A stretch of DNA of 63,232 bases, filler included, from Collodictyon triciliatum (taxonomy: Eukaryota), in NCBI GenBank assembly GCA_043381765.1. It is 15 parts of 15 records of this genome, joined end to end, with 100 filler letters (N's around TTAATTAATTAA, not from the genome) between each part and the next. Parts side by side here need not be neighbours in the genome. Positions count along the whole stretch, not along the records: positions 39,376 to 43,399 come from JBHJMP010006573.1; positions 43,500 to 47,532 come from JBHJMP010006574.1; positions 47,633 to 51,663 come from JBHJMP010006576.1; positions 51,764 to 55,800 come from JBHJMP010006577.1; 11 more parts are not named here. One strand, 5' to 3'. Positions 39,576-52,027 of this stretch are shown in pieces (the stretch's first letter is position 1; each line of letters opens with the position of its first letter). Position numbers and translations under genes: made by a program. Under the pieces are notes generated by a model, which was not told where the DNA came from, ran no database searches, and was given only the letters and a program-made list of their open reading frames with translations.

Positions 39576-42500
39576 ACTACATGTCAATTGCAATCGATTA
39601 TGCCATGATTAACTACTCAAATCACGAGGCGATTAAGGTTTATTTTTGCCTTCTTCCCATTCGTTCTTTTTCGTTAAGATAAAAGAAAAAAGCTCTTAAT
39701 GGCTTCCTTTGTGTAGTATATTCGAGAATGCCTAGAAATCATTCAGACACACGCCTTTCCCGTTTCTGCGGAAAAGATTTTGATTTGGGAGCAAATGCTC
39801 GGCGTGTCTTGTCTTGCCGTCGGAAATAATTTTGAGTCCTCTAGGTAAATATAGTGAATTCGTGCAAATTATTCACTTGTATAAAATGTACATCTTGATA
39901 ATTTACTAGTATACTTGGCACGAATCACCAATTAAATTGCTAATCCATACTTGTATTCAGGCATTTGACCAAGTCCCTTCATATTGGTGGATTTCCTCAG
40001 CCCGAAAGTAGGCTAGTACTTATCACCAAAATCACTGGGCTAGTTTATCGACAAGTGTTGGCAAGATTTCAGAAAAAGCCCTCGAAGCCTGTGACAAAGG
40101 CTCCACAGTTCAAGGTGTTAGTTGAAGAATCTGGTGAAAGTGCTCCTAAAATCAGAGCTTCTCTTTCGTCTACTGCTTCTCGGAAAAGCAAGCTTATGTC
40201 CAGGGCATCAGAATACACTCTCAAGGACATGTCTTATGACAGACGTAAAGTCAAATACTATCCGATAGGATGGCTTTGGCACCAGAGTGATGCAAATTCA
40301 AACCCAAACATCCACTTGCTCCGGGCAGCCATGACATACGACCAAATGATTGTTTTGTCTTACATGCAAGGAGACAGTCTTGGCCTTGTCTATAATGTTC
40401 TACGCTGTCTAGAAGTCTCTGAGCAACTTGCTCCAAGCTCATATCTTGTCAAGTCGTATGCAAACGCAGCCTTGCTGTGTTCACTAAAGGGGTTCAAGCG
40501 AGCTAGCAAGTATGATAGATGTGTTGTATAAGAGTGAAAATTATGTGAATTTATTTGTAAATAATTCTTAATTTTTAATCGATGCTTCGTAGGCTTTATT
40601 CCCAACTCTCTTTAAACTTGCTTGATGAACACGAGAGAAACAAAGAGTATAACGTCGATTCTATACCAAATTAATTTTACATTATAATCAAGTAAAACAA
40701 TCGAATGCACAACATTTGATAACCCTGCATAATACGCTCTCCAGAATTCAAAGTTCTGTTGGTGCTGTTCGACGGTCGCTGGGTATGGCTTGTGGAGCGT
40801 TTGGAGAGTTTCAGGAAGGGCTGGACCATGTGGAGCAAGGATTGGCATTTATAGACAAAGCTGCTGACTACCGTACTTATGTATGTTGGGAGCTGATTGA
40901 AAAATGGTTCATATTCAACTGGCAATTTATCATCATTCACCATGAAGGGCGGCAGTTCTTTATTCTTTTTTCTTTTTCTTTTTCTTTTTCTTTTTCTTTT
41001 TCTTTTTCTTTTTCTTTTTCTTTTTCTTTTTCTTTTTCTTTTTCTTTTTGTTCTCTCTTTTTGCCCACGTCTAATGACCAATTAATAGGAGGAACTGATT
41101 GTTGTCGGATCACATTACTGCTTCATTATGGGTAAATCGAAGCTATTGAACCAATATGCAGACAACCTATTCTTATCTGCAAGCTCGAGAGGCAGTGTCC
41201 AAGGACAATTGCGTTCTGCATTTGAGCACAGTATAGTATGCCTTCGATATGGAGTGGGAAGTGTGCAGGGTTGCATCAGAAAGTATGCATTCATTCATCA
41301 TATAGCCATGTTAGCACTTTAATCTAACTCCTTTTCAATCGAATTTCGTTGCATGAGGCATACAAATATAGTAGGCTGTAGTATATTTTATTTATAATTT
41401 TGGAAATTGAAAGACATTTTACATTTGTTGCTAGGTTGAATGAAGCCATGGACTCTCTCAAAATAATGCCTGAAGCGGGGTCAAAATTAGAAATTGTGGT
41501 TTCATCCGTTTTGCTAGCAACATTAAATCGCGACATATCGAATATTAAAGAGGTTACATATGTTTTATATATGATGAAATATGATTTGATGCATTTCGGA
41601 CGTTTAGTGCGCTTTTATTGTTTTTATTATTGTTTTTATTATTGTTTTGTTTATTGTTTTGTTTATTGTTTTGTTTATTGTTTTGTTTATTGTTTTGTTT
41701 ATTGTTTTGTTTATTGTTTTGTTTATTGTTTTTCTTAATGAGATATAGAGAAAGAGAAAACAAGTACAGAATCTGACTCATCTGTCTTTTTAAATGAAAC
41801 TTAGGTCGTTGCGACAATATGCAAATTCCCTTCATCATCCATGTTCTTAGTCACTTACGTTATAGCTGTCATACATTTGATCTTGTGTGTGATTGTGTCA
41901 TCGATAGGTGCAGGAGGTAATAGCTATATGATTACAAGCATATCCACTGTGTCCATAGCTCAGCACGATGCTAGTGAAGAAGGTATCAAGGGTATCTCTG
42001 TTTTACCCATCCGTATTGTGAGCACGAGGGAAATCCCAGCATTGTGGACTCAACTGAAGCTCGTGCTTGGGCATTTGAAAAAATTGGCAAAAAAATTTCC
42101 CTCTGCCCGACCTCCATTGCTCCGGTTTTCAGGATACGTGGCTTTGGTGAAAGGACAAAAATCTTTAGCCAAGAAGCTTCTTTTAAAGTGAGTTTAGGCT
42201 TGCATCGTTTGCTGAATTTGATTATACAGTACAATACAATTTTTGCATCAGGATTTGCATCTATTTACCAAGCATGAATAATCATAAATTGATCATCTTC
42301 GTTTTCTTTCCTGTTTACTTTTATTTATCTTTAAATATATATTCCACAGGGCATACAAAAGTGCCATCGAAATCGGTTATGTTTTCGAACAGTTTGCCGC
42401 CTCGTGTGACATATACTATTATTTCCCCATGGAGGCTCCCCAAATGCAAGGGTAATTCTTATGAAATATTCTGTCAATCCAAATGTTTCAGTCCGGTCGC

Positions 42501-42603
42501 AGTATTGCGATGCAATCAAATGTAAACATTCTAAATGTTATTTTATAAATATAAAAAAGGCTCACTCTTTCATCGCATAGATTGCAAAAGCCACACGAGT
42601 TTG
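39576..42603 (+). CDS. C-terminal helical/TPR-like region resembling soluble cyclase-STAND-TPR (ADCY10/SgcA-like) proteins; partial
   Basis: Exons AIDYAMINYSNHEAIK, HLTKSLHIGGFPQP..LVYRQVLARF, YNVLRCLEVSEQLAPSSYLVKSYAN, ACGAFGEFQEGLDHVEQG, FPSARPPLLRFSGYVALVKGQKSLAKKLL. No catalytic domain is present in this contig. Confidence 0.45.
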
Positions 42604-43499
42604 AGGATACATGTGACTTTTATGACCCTATCCAAACCATCCGAAGAAATATACTAGTATTCTAGACTCTAGGTGCATACTTGCTCTACTCTTTCATGTT
42701 TGGATACCGCGCAAATATATGTGCCTAAAAGGCGTCTAGTTGTATTAAATTTTATCTGAATAAAAATATACACATTCCAATAACAAAACAAAATAAACTG
42801 GAGGGACTTTCATATCCCGTAATACTTTCTCGTCAAGCATGGGGGCGGGCTTTTGTCTGGAGGTTATTCTTTTGACACGGGTTGAAGGGTGTCGCCCTGT
42901 TAAAATGTCGCCAGGTTTAATCCCTGAGCACAAAACTCATAATCGACAATTATGGAATTTATAAGTATATCTATGTCCATCAATATAAAAACGATTGTAT
43001 TCGCTATATTTTAAAGATTTAATTATATTAAGATATAGATGCGTGTGATTATTGTGCTTCCACACACCCACACAACAAAGCTTCTGATGTCGGTCTGATG
43101 GGTCAGAGAACCTTTATAATCACAAACGCGCCTGATCCGACGACACAGAGTTGGCCAGGCAGGAAGACTACAGAAAACTAAGAAACACGTAACAGCTTCA
43201 GAGACGAGCAGCAGAATCAGTGATCGATCTGCTATTCACTCAAGTTTCCAGAACGCTGAACCTTTCCCTCTCTGCTTTGGTAGAATCCTCCACTGTTTTT
43301 TATTTATGTTTTTTTATTTATGTTTTTTTATTTATGTTTTTTTATTTATGTTTTTTTATTTATGTTTTTTTATTTATGTTTTTTTATTTATGTTTTTTTN
43401 NNNNNNNNNNNNNNNNNNNNNNNNNNNNNNNNNNNNNNNNNNNTTAATTAATTAANNNNNNNNNNNNNNNNNNNNNNNNNNNNNNNNNNNNNNNNNNNN

Positions 43500-43882
43500 T
43501 GTCATTTCGCAGTGAGTATACAGAATCTGCCAACGCGAGAGCAAAGGCTCGGGTGTGTTTGGAGGTGGTCGTGGGATTGTCCTTTGTTGCAACTGTGTTT
43601 TGAAGTCTGCACACCGTTTGGTGATGAGTTTCTACATCCCAGTTTGCCAAAACCCTTTCGGCTGCATGAACATGTCCGTCCACCACTTCATGGTCAGTGA
43701 TATCCATGCGGTTTTGGGTGTGTTGAGTCCAACGCCTCACTTCTGTGGGTGGCTTAATCAGTGTTTTGATTTTATATTGCTGTCTTTTTGTTGTGATGAA
43801 GGTGCGGCATATACTATCCAGTGTGTCGAGATGCTTTTGCGGTAGGTTAGAGCCCTTCATGTTGTGGATGAGGGTTGATAAC
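43500..43882 (-). mobile_element. Degenerate L1/Tx1-like ORF2 fragment (post-RT region)
   Basis: STLIHNMKGSNLPQKHLDTLDSICRTFI...LIKPPTE, a frameshift, then GVGLNTPKTAWISLTMKWWTDMFMQPKGFWQ. This matches the L1 'LP..LD...R.F...P...GGLG......L..KW.W.....W' pattern. Confidence 0.75.
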
Positions 43883-44173
43883 TTTTTTTTTAAAATTTTA
43901 TATGAGTGCCTGAAATATCGATGTTGTGAAAGTAAAGACAAGGTCAAAATTAGGGTTTGAATTGAACTGAACCATTTCATTTGTACGCCAGCATTAGCTG
44001 TTCCTTAATGTTCAAAGGTCTATCATTTAAATTTAATTTTATAGATGAACTAAATCGTAATTATTATCGCTGCGGAAGAAAGTGGTGAGAATGATGTATT
44101 GGAGTAAAGGAAGACATGGAGAAGGACGTCATTTTGAGATGTACTGCTCCCATTTGAAGACTTTATATCAGCT

Positions 44174-46067
44174 TTAGGACAAGCTCAAGCCACTGGAGGA
44201 TGACTTTGTGGATGGTAACTCAATTTCGGTCAAATCCTTAGTGGATAAAGTCCACATCCCCATGAAATCACGAAGTTGGTTTCTTTTCATGCTAATAATA
44301 TTTCTCCATAACTTGAAATTCTCCCTAGAAATGCCAAAAAGGATGAAAACGAAGATACCCTGTCATCATTTATGAAAGCAGATTAGAGACAGGTTAGACG
44401 ATAAGAAGCTGATGTGCCATCGACAGTTTTGAATCGAATTTCAATAACAGTAAAGCTACCATTAATCTTCCTAATTCAATATATATCATTGCTTTTAGCT
44501 TTGCTTCATACCTGTAATCCTGGACTTGTACTTCCTGTGGCCCACAAAATGAATGGTGGTTTTACATAACCTGGGCATGTTTCTACAGGCTCGTATGCAC
44601 GACATATCATGTCATCAACTATGGACTCCTATTTTGAAATTTTTTTTGTGCGTAAGAATGAAAAGAGTAATAAATTCAGTCAGGTACATTCTATATAAAA
44701 ATGTGTAATGGTTGGATAAGAGGAAAGAGGAAAGATAAAAGATAAAAGATAAAAGAGAAGTAGAGTTTAATCTCAGATGCACGTCTTGTGGTGATTCATG
44801 GATCTAAAATACGAAGGGGAAAATAGAAAAAGGAAACCTACCTCTATATCATCTTGCATCACCTTCATTTTGATTCGGAAGGAAAATATCACGGTGAATA
44901 CATACATTAATAGAGCGCAGAGAAGAAACAATCGAAAGTATGCACCCTTTAATCTTAGTCTACCACCTAAAGATACGTTCGCCTTCCAGAGGATGAAATC
45001 GCGTTTGATTAAAAAGAAATTGCGAGAGGAAAGGAGAAAAGAATGAAAATGGAATGAAATAAAAGCATAAGAGAATCAAATAATCAAATGATAATAAGAC
45101 GGAGTAAACTTGTTGGTAAGTGACTCATTCAAGTAGCAATATCAACACGTTAGTCAACTCCAATAATAGATTTAAATAGAAATCATACCCGGAGTGTAAA
45201 AACTATTGTCTTTAAAATAAGAATACAGCCTATCAGAATGCTTAGACCAATCCAACCATAAAATAGACTAAACTGGACACTAATGTCCGTGTCCAATCTA
45301 AATAGGCATCTATGTACCGATATCAATTTAGAAGAGTTCACTCATGCACAATGTTCTAAAATACAAAATGATAATCTCCACCAGTATTTGTAATCCATAA
45401 AAAAAAAAAAAAATTGTTAGCATTGACATTTTAAGAAACAGGGAGAGAGACGGATACATAATAAAAATCGAACATCGAGCTCATGCCATCATATCCTGTA
45501 GATTTGGACAGGGTTGCAGACAGCGACAGTAATAGAGATATACCCCAGCATCCAATATGCATATATTTTTGATACTTTTCCATGATTTCTGAATCAAGAA
45601 CGATGGTTGCATACAGAGATGTGACGATACATAGCCACCAGAAGACTGTTGACATTGCAAACCAGATAATCACAAATGCTTAAGATAAATATGTTAGCTT
45701 TTGAACGCGACTGAAATTTCTGTGCAATAGATTCATGATGCTACTGTGCAATCACTTAAACAATTTCTTTTGCCCTCTTTCTTTTATAAGCCATACTAAT
45801 TATTTTATTTTGGATATTTCCAATTAAAAAAACCTTGGAATATGCAAAACCCCTCCGATTCATTAGGTATGGTCTTAGATTTACAGAATACATCATCCAG
45901 TCCGATATGCCACCCAGTAATCAAAACGAATGAAACCATGGTAGAACCAATTGAGAGGTAGCTGATGTTTTTTTTAAATATTGGTCATATAGAGCAAGAT
46001 ACAAAACCGACAAAATATTATGTCATTTTCCCTTAATTCATATTATGACGTAGTTTAATTACATAAA

Positions 46068-46140
<73 letters not shown>

Positions 46141-46690
46141 GAACAAGAAAAACAAGAACAAGACCCCCCGCAATATCATGACTAAAAACTATGAAGAGGC
46201 AATGAGAGAATTTTGAATCGAATAAAGTCAAAAAAATAAAGAAAAAATAGAGAGAATGAAGGAAAAAGCCTATCAAACTCTGATGAAGAAAAAGTAATTT
46301 CTAGATATTATCTCACACTCACAATGACATGTTTATCGGGAATTTTCTTTTTTGTTTGAATATAACCCATGTCAAGAGTAGAATTACATCCAATGTGAAT
46401 GATATGTGTGCGAGTGTGTACAAGACCTGGTAATATTGTGATTACAAAAAAAGATATAGGAAAATACATTTTGTGGTATTTATTTTGTCTGATATCTTTT
46501 CATTATTTTTACATGACCTTATATCAAACATAAATGAGTATTTTGCTTTGTAAAATCCACCTTATTAAGGTTTGATATTGTTTCCTCTCCGTACAAGTAC
46601 GTTCGGCATGGGGGTTGGCATAAGGGATTAGCTCCATCAACATAAACCGAAGGGTATATACAAGGAAGGGGCTCGACTAGGTACCATTTA
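44174..46690 (-). CDS. Frizzled/Smoothened-like 7TM receptor, 5'-truncated, multi-exon
   Basis: YLSIGSTMVSFVLITGWHIGLDDVFCKSKTIPNESEGFCIFQ|AFVIIWFAMSTVFWWLCIVTSLY..YQKYMHIGCWGISLLLS...AYFRLFLLCALLMYVF. It is paralogous to 52028-55545. Ends are approximate. Confidence 0.75.
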
Positions 46691-46900
46691 AAGTACACAN
46701 NNNNNNNNNNNNNNNNNNNNNNNNNNNNNNNNNNNNNNNNNNNNNNNNNNNNNNNNNNNNNNNNNNNNNNNNNNNNNNNNNNNNNNNNNNNNNNNNNNNN
46801 NNNNNNNNNNNNNNNNNNNNNNNNNNNNNNTTTTTTTTTAATATTTTATCATCATTAACATCACCATCATCAATATTATTCACATAAAACAAACTGACAG

Positions 46901-47334
46901 ATTTACTGTTCTGTCATCCAAACTGGATGCGCGTAGTATTGTGACCATGCTGAACAGTCTGTTTTCCCAGGTTAATACCCATTTTAAAATGTAGGAATCG
47001 ACGCAAACTCTTTATATATGCTAGTAATCGCCAATACCATTTGCACGAAATTTTAGGTAGACGAGGCAGCTGAAAGGAAAGGATTGGAAAAAATTAAGAC
47101 AATAGGTGCGACTTTAATCACTTTGACAGAAATTTTTACATCTGGAATGACGCAGTTGAACGTGTCATTTTTACCTGTGATACAAATAGAAAGGAATGAT
47201 AAAATAGCCACCATCTTTTGCCGATTCAATCGTCCCAGATACTTGTCAAACATATCCGTCATTTATTAAACAACTCAGGGGATGCCTACATGGTGGTTGC
47301 CGGATTGCCTTATCCTCGCCCTGACCACGCAAAG
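46901..47334 (+). CDS. Class III nucleotide cyclase catalytic domain fragment (adenylyl-type), 3 exons
   Basis: FTVLSSKLDARSIVTMLNSLFSQ|VDEAAERKGLEKIKTIG|DAYMVVAGLPYPRPDHAK. The Lys in KIKT suggests ATP specificity. Confidence 0.88.
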
Positions 47335-47463
47335 GTACCACAACCAATTTAATCAATCTTTGGCCTGCCAGGTTTTGTCACCCTCTCCTTAACATGAAGG
47401 GTTTATCACGCCTGACTTTTATCTCCTTTTTTAAATAACAATAACAATAACAATAACAATAAC

Positions 47464-47532
<69 letters not shown>

Positions 47533-47632
47533 NNNNNNNNNNNNNNNNNNNNNNNNNNNNNNNNNNNNNNNNNNNNTTAATTAATTAANNNNNNNNNNNN
47601 NNNNNNNNNNNNNNNNNNNNNNNNNNNNNNNN

Positions 47633-48570
47633 AAGATGTCCAGGTCGGCAAAATATCTTATCTGCTCTTCAAAGCTCATATCTCTCATCACCTCCCAGTA
47701 CTCTACCTCCATTTCAGGGTGAGCGCTTCTAAAAAGAGTTGCAAACTCGGATGCGTCTAACCAGCGCTTGTGACCTGAGTCCCATTTTGCAAAGACAAGG
47801 GTCTTTCTTGGGCACCTTTTCTTCGTCGGCGTAGATATCCCTGCTTGCTGGAAGGAACGGGCACGAATCTTGTCTATGTACTCTCGCACTGCTATAGCAT
47901 CCACCCGAGACATTGTCTTCAGGTTATTGCCATTTCCCTGCGAGGCGAGCAGGTTACAGCACACAACATTTCGCTCAGATGTTTCGAAGACCTGAAGAGG
48001 CTTTCCTCCCAGCTTGACATTGTGCTCGGATATTAATTCAACCAGGAGGTTGTTGAGTCCGCGGTGCCACCGTATTGGGCCGCGTGTGTATGTGGAGCCG
48101 TCGATTAGGATGTTTTCGAAGGTTTTGAATGTGTGTCTGTTCAAGTGTTGTTCCATACCCAGCACAAAGGACGGGAATTGGCGACCATACCACATGTGCT
48201 GCAGGTTGTTGGAGCCACCGAAGTTGCCCAGCAGCGACAAAGTTGGTCCTTGTATATGCTTGCTCTTCGCCCAAGTGTCAGGTGTTGGCGCTATGGGAAA
48301 GAAGCTGGCTGAGCCTGCATCTCTGGCAGCCTTCTTCTGCTCATCAGAGGTCATGTTGAAAAGATAGTACCTGTCTCGCTCCACGCATACATCCTGCAGG
48401 TACAATGTTTTGTACTTGGTATCAACCCGAAGCACTTTCCCGTTTGGCTGCTTTTGGTTTTCTGCGTCCGAAGACTTGAAGAGCCTCGATACTGCAACAT
48501 GAATGAACTGGGTGGTAGAATGCTTCATACTCAGAGACGGAACGTTCGCCGTGTAGAAAGCTTCTTTCAT
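47633..48570 (-). CDS. Intronless GT61/DUF563-like glycosyltransferase ORF, 3'-truncated; upstream part appears disrupted
   Basis: NNLQHMWYG (NxxH), KRWLDASEFATLFRSAHP..VEYWEVMRDMSFEEQIRYFADLDI, cut just before the expected HGA motif. The same-frame ORF 48739-48924 is separated from it by stops. Confidence 0.6.
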
Positions 48571-50243
48571 TAGAGCCAGAAGGCTTAAGGTGATAATTGC
48601 TACGCCGAGGCAAACGACTGTGTGACTTCTGTTGTGTAGTTTTATTGGAGGTCAGGAGTGCGAACGTGGTTTGAAGTGAATTGATAGGCTCTATCTAAAG
48701 TGAGTGCAGAAAAAAATGAAATATAGTCCTCTGAAACTTCATATTCTCAGTATGCCTTTGCCAGCTGGCGAAGAACGATCTTGAAGAGAAGCGATCAAAA
48801 GTGCGAGTGTGGATACAGAGAGGAGTTCTTTGTTTTGTAAGTTGATATCTATGTCATCTAGTTGAGACTTCCACAGATGTAAGAGAGAAGTTACCTTGGC
48901 ATTCTGTGGGACGGCTTCGGCCAACTAGTGTCTGGGTTTTTGCGGATCTGTGTTGCAGGCTTCTTAGTATGAAGTTTGTGTCCTTTTCTCGAGAAGCAGA
49001 CTCATTCTAGTGGCGATTCTCGTCCCGCCAGCCTCGATTGCGTCTGAACTGCCCGAGTTTCTTTTCCTCTCTTCATTTCCATATGCGTCCCAAATTCCAG
49101 ATTTGTCGGCATAGCGTTCCTCGCAGCCTCTGCAACGTCTTCATAGGAAATGTTCCTCCAGCCACTATTTCCCGATTAGGCTCTGCTGAAAATACTACTT
49201 GTATCTTTTGCAATTAAATGTGTGTGCCTGCTTCTGCCCTTTGGGAATCAGGTAATAGGTATTTTCGAGCCCACTTAAATTAGCTTAATGGTGAAATTTG
49301 ATAAACAAAATGGAATTGTTTTTATTTTTTTAATGGACAAAATACCTATTTCCTATTTTACAATCCTATTTGAGCGGACAGATTTGGAATACTTGCAAGA
49401 ACAAAGAACAAATGTCAAATTTTCATCCGAACATTTTCTAAAATAAATTGTCACCCATAATTACCCATCCAAAATATTTTTTCTTGCTATAAACTGCGTA
49501 ACGCCGAAGAAGACCTCAGACCCGAAACGAATACGTTCGTGGCGCTGGAACGGATCGAGCTTCGATTGGAACAACACAAATCTCCATGTCTTTTCACATC
49601 ATTACCATCACCCACGAGACCACCACCAAAGCATTTTCTGGAGACATTACGAGCCAAACTTCAGCTCACTTGGTGTTCACTCAGGGGCTGCGTGTTAGGC
49701 CCAGACTTATCACAGCAGGCGCCTTAATAAGCTGCAGTAACGAGACGAACACTCGAAAATCGAGCGCATAATTTCTCACTCCCCACGCTGAGCTCATGGA
49801 AAAGCTGCCTGCGATTTTCCTTACTCCTAGTTGACACATTGGTCTACATGCATCGTCTTCATTTTACCCCTTTATTCGATTCAAGGTAAGGGTTTTTGTT
49901 TGTTATTTAGGGGCACTCCTAAAAACCTCAAGAAGAAAGAAAAAAACGAGATTAAAACATTATGAACCTCTGTAAAAACTAACAGGTCGTGAATGAATGA
50001 TGCTCCAACTGAACTTTACATGTATAGCTCTATTGGATAGCACCAGGATATTTAACTAATTCATGGTACGAATTTCCTCCTCCCCTCTTTTTCTACGCGA
50101 CATTTCATTTCAGTTGAGCTCTCATTTCTCTACATGAGTGACAAAAATTATAAAGTTCCACCTAGAAGAACTCGAAGCACTTAACACACGGAGGACATGG
50201 TCTATTTCAAGCGCTAAGAACCAAATAAATATAAATGGATAAA

Positions 50244-50523
50244 ACGCGTTCTCTGTTACTCCGACCCTGTGAGAAGAGACATGTGGAAAGAAGCTGAGAA
50301 AGAGATTCAATCTCCTTACCTCTCTCATGCAAGCACAAGGCCCAGGCTACAGGCCAAAGCGCATGATGCAACTCCTGGTTATCGGCTACTTCTCCGCCAC
50401 CCGTCCACCGAGTAGAGTCCATGCAAACGATGGCTAGTGAACCAAGTCCAAACCCCATCATTACGCCCAAATAGAAGTGGTAATTATAAAACATCCTGCA
50501 CAAAATTGAAAGGAAGAATAAAA
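50244..50523 (+). mobile_element. 5'-truncated family B retrotransposon 3' fragment plus a 32-bp terminal piece with 17-bp TSD
   Basis: 50244-50470 aligns with the reverse complement of 22370-22580. AAGTGGTAATTATAAAA (50475-50491 and 50524-50540) flanks CATCCTGCACAAAATTGAAAGGAAGAATAAAA. Confidence 0.75.
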
Positions 50524-50565
50524 AAGTGGTAATTATAAAAAAAATTTTTGGAAAAGTGATGGCAG

Positions 50566-51296
50566 CTTGATTTATGGCTTCACCGGAATACCAAACCAAC
50601 TATGGTATGAGAGCAAACAGGACAAAGAGAACGAAGGTGGAGATGAAGATTATACCCTACTGAATTTCGTCTTCATCGTTCACATCATCACAAAGAACAA
50701 GCCCGAGGTATTCCCTCTTTTTCTCTCTCTCTTTCTCCCTCGTTCCCTCTTTTTCTCTCTCTCTCTCTCTCNCTCTCTCTCTCCTTTTTGAATATATTGA
50801 TGAAGTACTTAGCGAACTTACTCACAAAATCTCCAGATGTTCCCAGAGACCATCCTTCCAGCCATGGTTTGCGGCATTATTTGGGCTGTTGTCAGTGCTC
50901 TTAACTTCATCTCGAACAGTACACTAAGCTATGACATATGTATGTATCTAATTATGCATTCTTTCTTCTACCAAACGTGCTCTATCCAAAAATAAAAAAA
51001 ATAACTATCTGCATAGTCGCTCCTAAGTTGAAAATAATGAACCTTGTGATTTATTCAATTTTATTCATAAAAAAGAATTCACACATATTGTTTGATGAAT
51101 GAATTTCTCTGACAATGCCCTGATAATGTCTCAAACTATAGCCTTCCCGATGGTTTGCATGGGCCCTGTCATTGTGACTGCGCTGTGGAGCATTCTCTAC
51201 TTCAGAGAAATCACACACCCGAAGCATATTGGTCTTCTCGTTGCCGCTTTAGTCTTAAATCTCATTGCTGTCCTCTTCATCGCATTTTTGGTCTGA
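50566..51296 (+). pseudogene. TMEM144: TMEM144-like (DMT/CEO family) transporter, C-terminal part only; possibly pseudogene
   Basis: KNKPE|MFPETILPAMVCGIIWAVVSALNFISN..|SQTIAFPMVCMGPVIVTALWSILYFREI..LFIAFLV*. No N-terminal half is recognisable upstream, where a retroelement fragment lies. Confidence 0.6.
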
Positions 51297-52027
51297 TGTC
51301 GCCAAACACAGCGCTCCAAGCAAGACCTCCACACAAGAAAAATGGCGCAGTCTCCATTTGGGAGGCATGGAGCTCGACCATACCACCCCGTCGTCCGACA
51401 ATGAGAACGGCAGATAAGAAAATAAATAAATAAATAAATAGCTCAATAAATTATGAAGATGAATAGGAAATAGTCAGATTAAACATGCTTTAAATAGCGT
51501 CAATAGACCTCGATGACATGTCAGAAGAGTACTATATAAACGGAAGAAACTAGAGCGACACACGATGAAAAATGAGCCAGTAACGAAAGTAGGTTGTTAT
51601 TTTATTTCTGTGCAGCTTATTTGGAAACCTCAGAAACCCGTGGATGAGAAGCTATAAGAGCTTNNNNNNNNNNNNNNNNNNNNNNNNNNNNNNNNNNNNN
51701 NNNNNNNTTAATTAATTAANNNNNNNNNNNNNNNNNNNNNNNNNNNNNNNNNNNNNNNNNNNNTTGTTTTTTGTTTTTTGTTTTTTGTTTTTTGTTTTTT
51801 GTTTTTTGTTTTTTGTTTTTTGTTTTTTGTTTTTTTGTTTTTTGTTTTTTGTTTTTTCACAATCTACCTTGTCATCTTTCACCTTGTTTTTTTATTATAT
51901 TATATTTTATAATCTATCGTCTACTTTACTAATTTTGATCATATTTTTCTTAATTTGTTTCTTTGGCAGCTCTTTGAAAAGTTGGGGAAAAATCACTTCA
52001 GACTAAGCCAGAGTTTGTTCAGATCAG

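Noticed and set aside
44174-47334. GPCR next to adenylyl cyclase as a signalling cluster or fusion
   Set aside because: They are on opposite strands, both are truncated at an N gap, and the join is probably wrong.
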